Assembly: GCA_963920595.1 (NCBI GenBank) | Contig: OY986950.1 | Coordinates: 2,728,001 to 2,792,000 of the forward strand | DNA length: 64,000 bases | DNA from: Eimeria praecox | Lineage: Eukaryota | Reading direction: 5' to 3' | In this document: positions 62,113 to 64,000 of the stretch, piece by piece | How positions within the stretch are numbered: the stretch's first letter is position 1 | How the letters are laid out: each line of letters opens with the position of its first letter | The notes under the pieces: generated by a model | Told to the model about the DNA's origin: nothing | Seen by the model: only the letters and a program-made list of their open reading frames with translations | Database searches by the model: none | Position numbers and translations under genes: made by a program

Positions 62113-63296
62113 TGCTTGTTCAAGTAGGAGCTGCAGGGGTTAACAGACTCGACATTCTTCAAAAACAAGGTAAAGCTTAGATATTTAATAATTAGGGTTT
62201 AGTAATTAGGGTTTAGGGTTTAGGGTTTAGGGTTTAGTAATTAGGGTTTAGTAATTAGGGTTTAGTAATTAGGGTTTAGTAATTAGGGTTTAGTAATTAG
62301 GGTTTAGTAATTAGGGTTTAGTAATTAGGGTTTAGTAATTAGGGTTTAGGGTTTAGGGTTTAGTAATTAGGGTTTAGTAATTAGGGTTTAGTAATTAGGG
62401 TTTAGTAATTAGGGCTTAGTAATTAGGGTTTAGTAATTAGGGTTTAGTAATTAGGGTTTTGTTAATTATTAGAATGTATTAGGTAGGGTTTAATAGAATG
62501 GCCTATCTAGGGTTTTTCTTGTTTATTAGGGTTTGGTAGTTAGGGTTTATGAATTAGGGTTTACGATTGTTAACGAGGTTCAGCTAACTAGGGTTTATGA
62601 TGATTGGCTCAATAGGGCGGTGAAGTAGGGTTTAGGGCTTAGGGCTTAGGGTTTAGGGTTTAGGGTTTAGGGTTTAGGGTTTAGGGTTTATGATGTTTAG
62701 CTGGGGTTTATGCGTTAGGACCTATGATGGGTAGTTAGGGTTTAGAGCTTACGCTTCGTGTCAGTTAGTGTGTAGGGCTTAGGCTGTTAATTAGGGTTTA
62801 GGGTTTACGGTATAGGGTTTATGATAGTTAGTTAGGGTTAAGGGATTAGGGTTTAGGGTTTAGGGTTTAGCTTCTTACAGTTAGGGAATTAGGGTTTAGG
62901 GTTTAGGATTCATGATTGTTAATTAGGACTTAAACATTTAGGGCTCATTAATTAGGGTATAGGGTTTAGGGTTTAGGGTTTAGGGTTTTAGGGTTTAGGT
63001 TTTAGGGTTTAGGGCTTAGGGTTTAGGGTTTAGGGTTTAGGGTTTATTGCAGGGAAGTATCCCCCACCAGCAGGGGCTTCGCCTTTGCTGGGTGTTGAGG
63101 TCGGTGGGGTTGTTGTACAAGGAAGCGCCTTACCCTTAGGGACTCCTGTGGCCTGTCTCCTTCCAGGTTAGGGTTTAGGGCTTAGGGTTTAGGGTTTAGG
63201 GTTTAGGGTTTAGGGTTTGGGGGTGGGGGGTTGGGGTTTGAAGCTGCTACGGCTCGCGTGGCCGGAGGCCAACAGCAACAACAGCACCAACAGCAC

Positions 63297-63334
<38 letters not shown>

Positions 63335-63337
63335 CAA

Positions 63338-63372
<35 letters not shown>

Positions 63373-63400
63373 CCTCCCCGCATTGAACAGGCCTAAACCC

Positions 63401-63478
<78 letters not shown>

Positions 63479-63919
63479 TAAACCCTAAACCCTAAACCCT
63501 AAACCCTAGAAAGGAGACAGTCTGTGTAGATGTCTCTGTCTCTTGTAGGAGGAGGATATGCCGAATACGCAATAGCAGACGCCGACTTCTGCTTTCCAGT
63601 GCCACCAAACCTCACTGTAGAACAGGCAAGGGTTTAGGGTTTAGGGTTTAGGGTTTAGGGTTTGGGGTACAGAACGGGGGGGGGGGGGTTTAGGGTCTAG
63701 GGTTTAGGGTTTAGGGTTTAGGGGTTTTAGGGTCTTCTCAACAAGCGCCACAGCTGCAACTTGATGGGTTATCGTTGACCCTACATCTCAACTCTAAACC
63801 CTAAACCCTAAACCCTAAACCCTAAACCCTAAACCCTTTGTCTGCGAAGGGTTCTGCTTAGGCAGCTTGCATCCCGGAGAACTGGATAGCTTCGTATCAG
63901 CTGCTTCAAGAAGTAGCAG
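61941..63919 (+). CDS. NAD(P)H:quinone oxidoreductase, PIG3/TP53I3 type (MDR family), 5' part; continues beyond window
   Basis: Exons 61941-62169, 63053-63166, 63549-63625, 63862-63919: MRAVL, LVQVGAAGVNRLDILQKQGKYPPPAGASPLLGVEVGGVV, CLLPGGGYAEY, EQAACIPENW. Start at 61941 or 61959. Confidence 0.9.
62189..62458. repeat. 14-bp telomere-derived repeat (TAATTAGGGTTTAG)n in oxidoreductase intron 1
   Basis: Directly visible. Confidence 0.9.
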
Positions 63920-64000
63920 GTACGGAGAGGGTGGTTTAGGGTTTAGGGTTTAGGGTTTAGGGTTTAGGGCTTGGGGTACAGAAAGGGCCGTTTAGGGTTT

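Overview
Eukaryotic, intron-rich genomic DNA with the repeat signature of Eimeria (coccidian apicomplexan): pervasive CAG/CTG tracts, interstitial telomere-like (AAACCCT)n, TGCATGCA and (AGCT)n. The genus is inferred from composition only. Most entries in the supplied ORF track are shadow frames of repeats. Manual splicing gives 13 protein-coding genes: a >1400-codon minus-strand ORF running off the left edge, TRAPPC2/sedlin, a cryptic RING-like gene, a TVP38/VTT membrane protein, an Sgf11-type zinc-finger protein, ALG11, a POLE3/DPB4-like histone-fold protein, a 1164-aa hypothetical, a 13-exon importin alpha, mitochondrial uL23, a SPRY-like domain protein, a DeSI/PPPDE peptidase and a 3'-truncated PIG3-type quinone oxidoreductase. 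I found no RNA genes, transposons or CRISPR arrays. The most notable observations are: (1) complementary telomere-like blocks at opposite ends of many introns, a possible RNA-bridged splicing architecture; (2) copies of exon 3' ends duplicated just downstream in three unrelated genes; (3) an intron-split Sgf11-like finger; (4) a dispersed GGTGTAYRTACACC palindrome family; (5) an EX7E-to-EX7Q change in ALG11. All gene models are hand-built from GT-AG signals and phase consistency, with no database or RNA-seq check. No novel system is demonstrated; the intron-bridge idea is a hypothesis.
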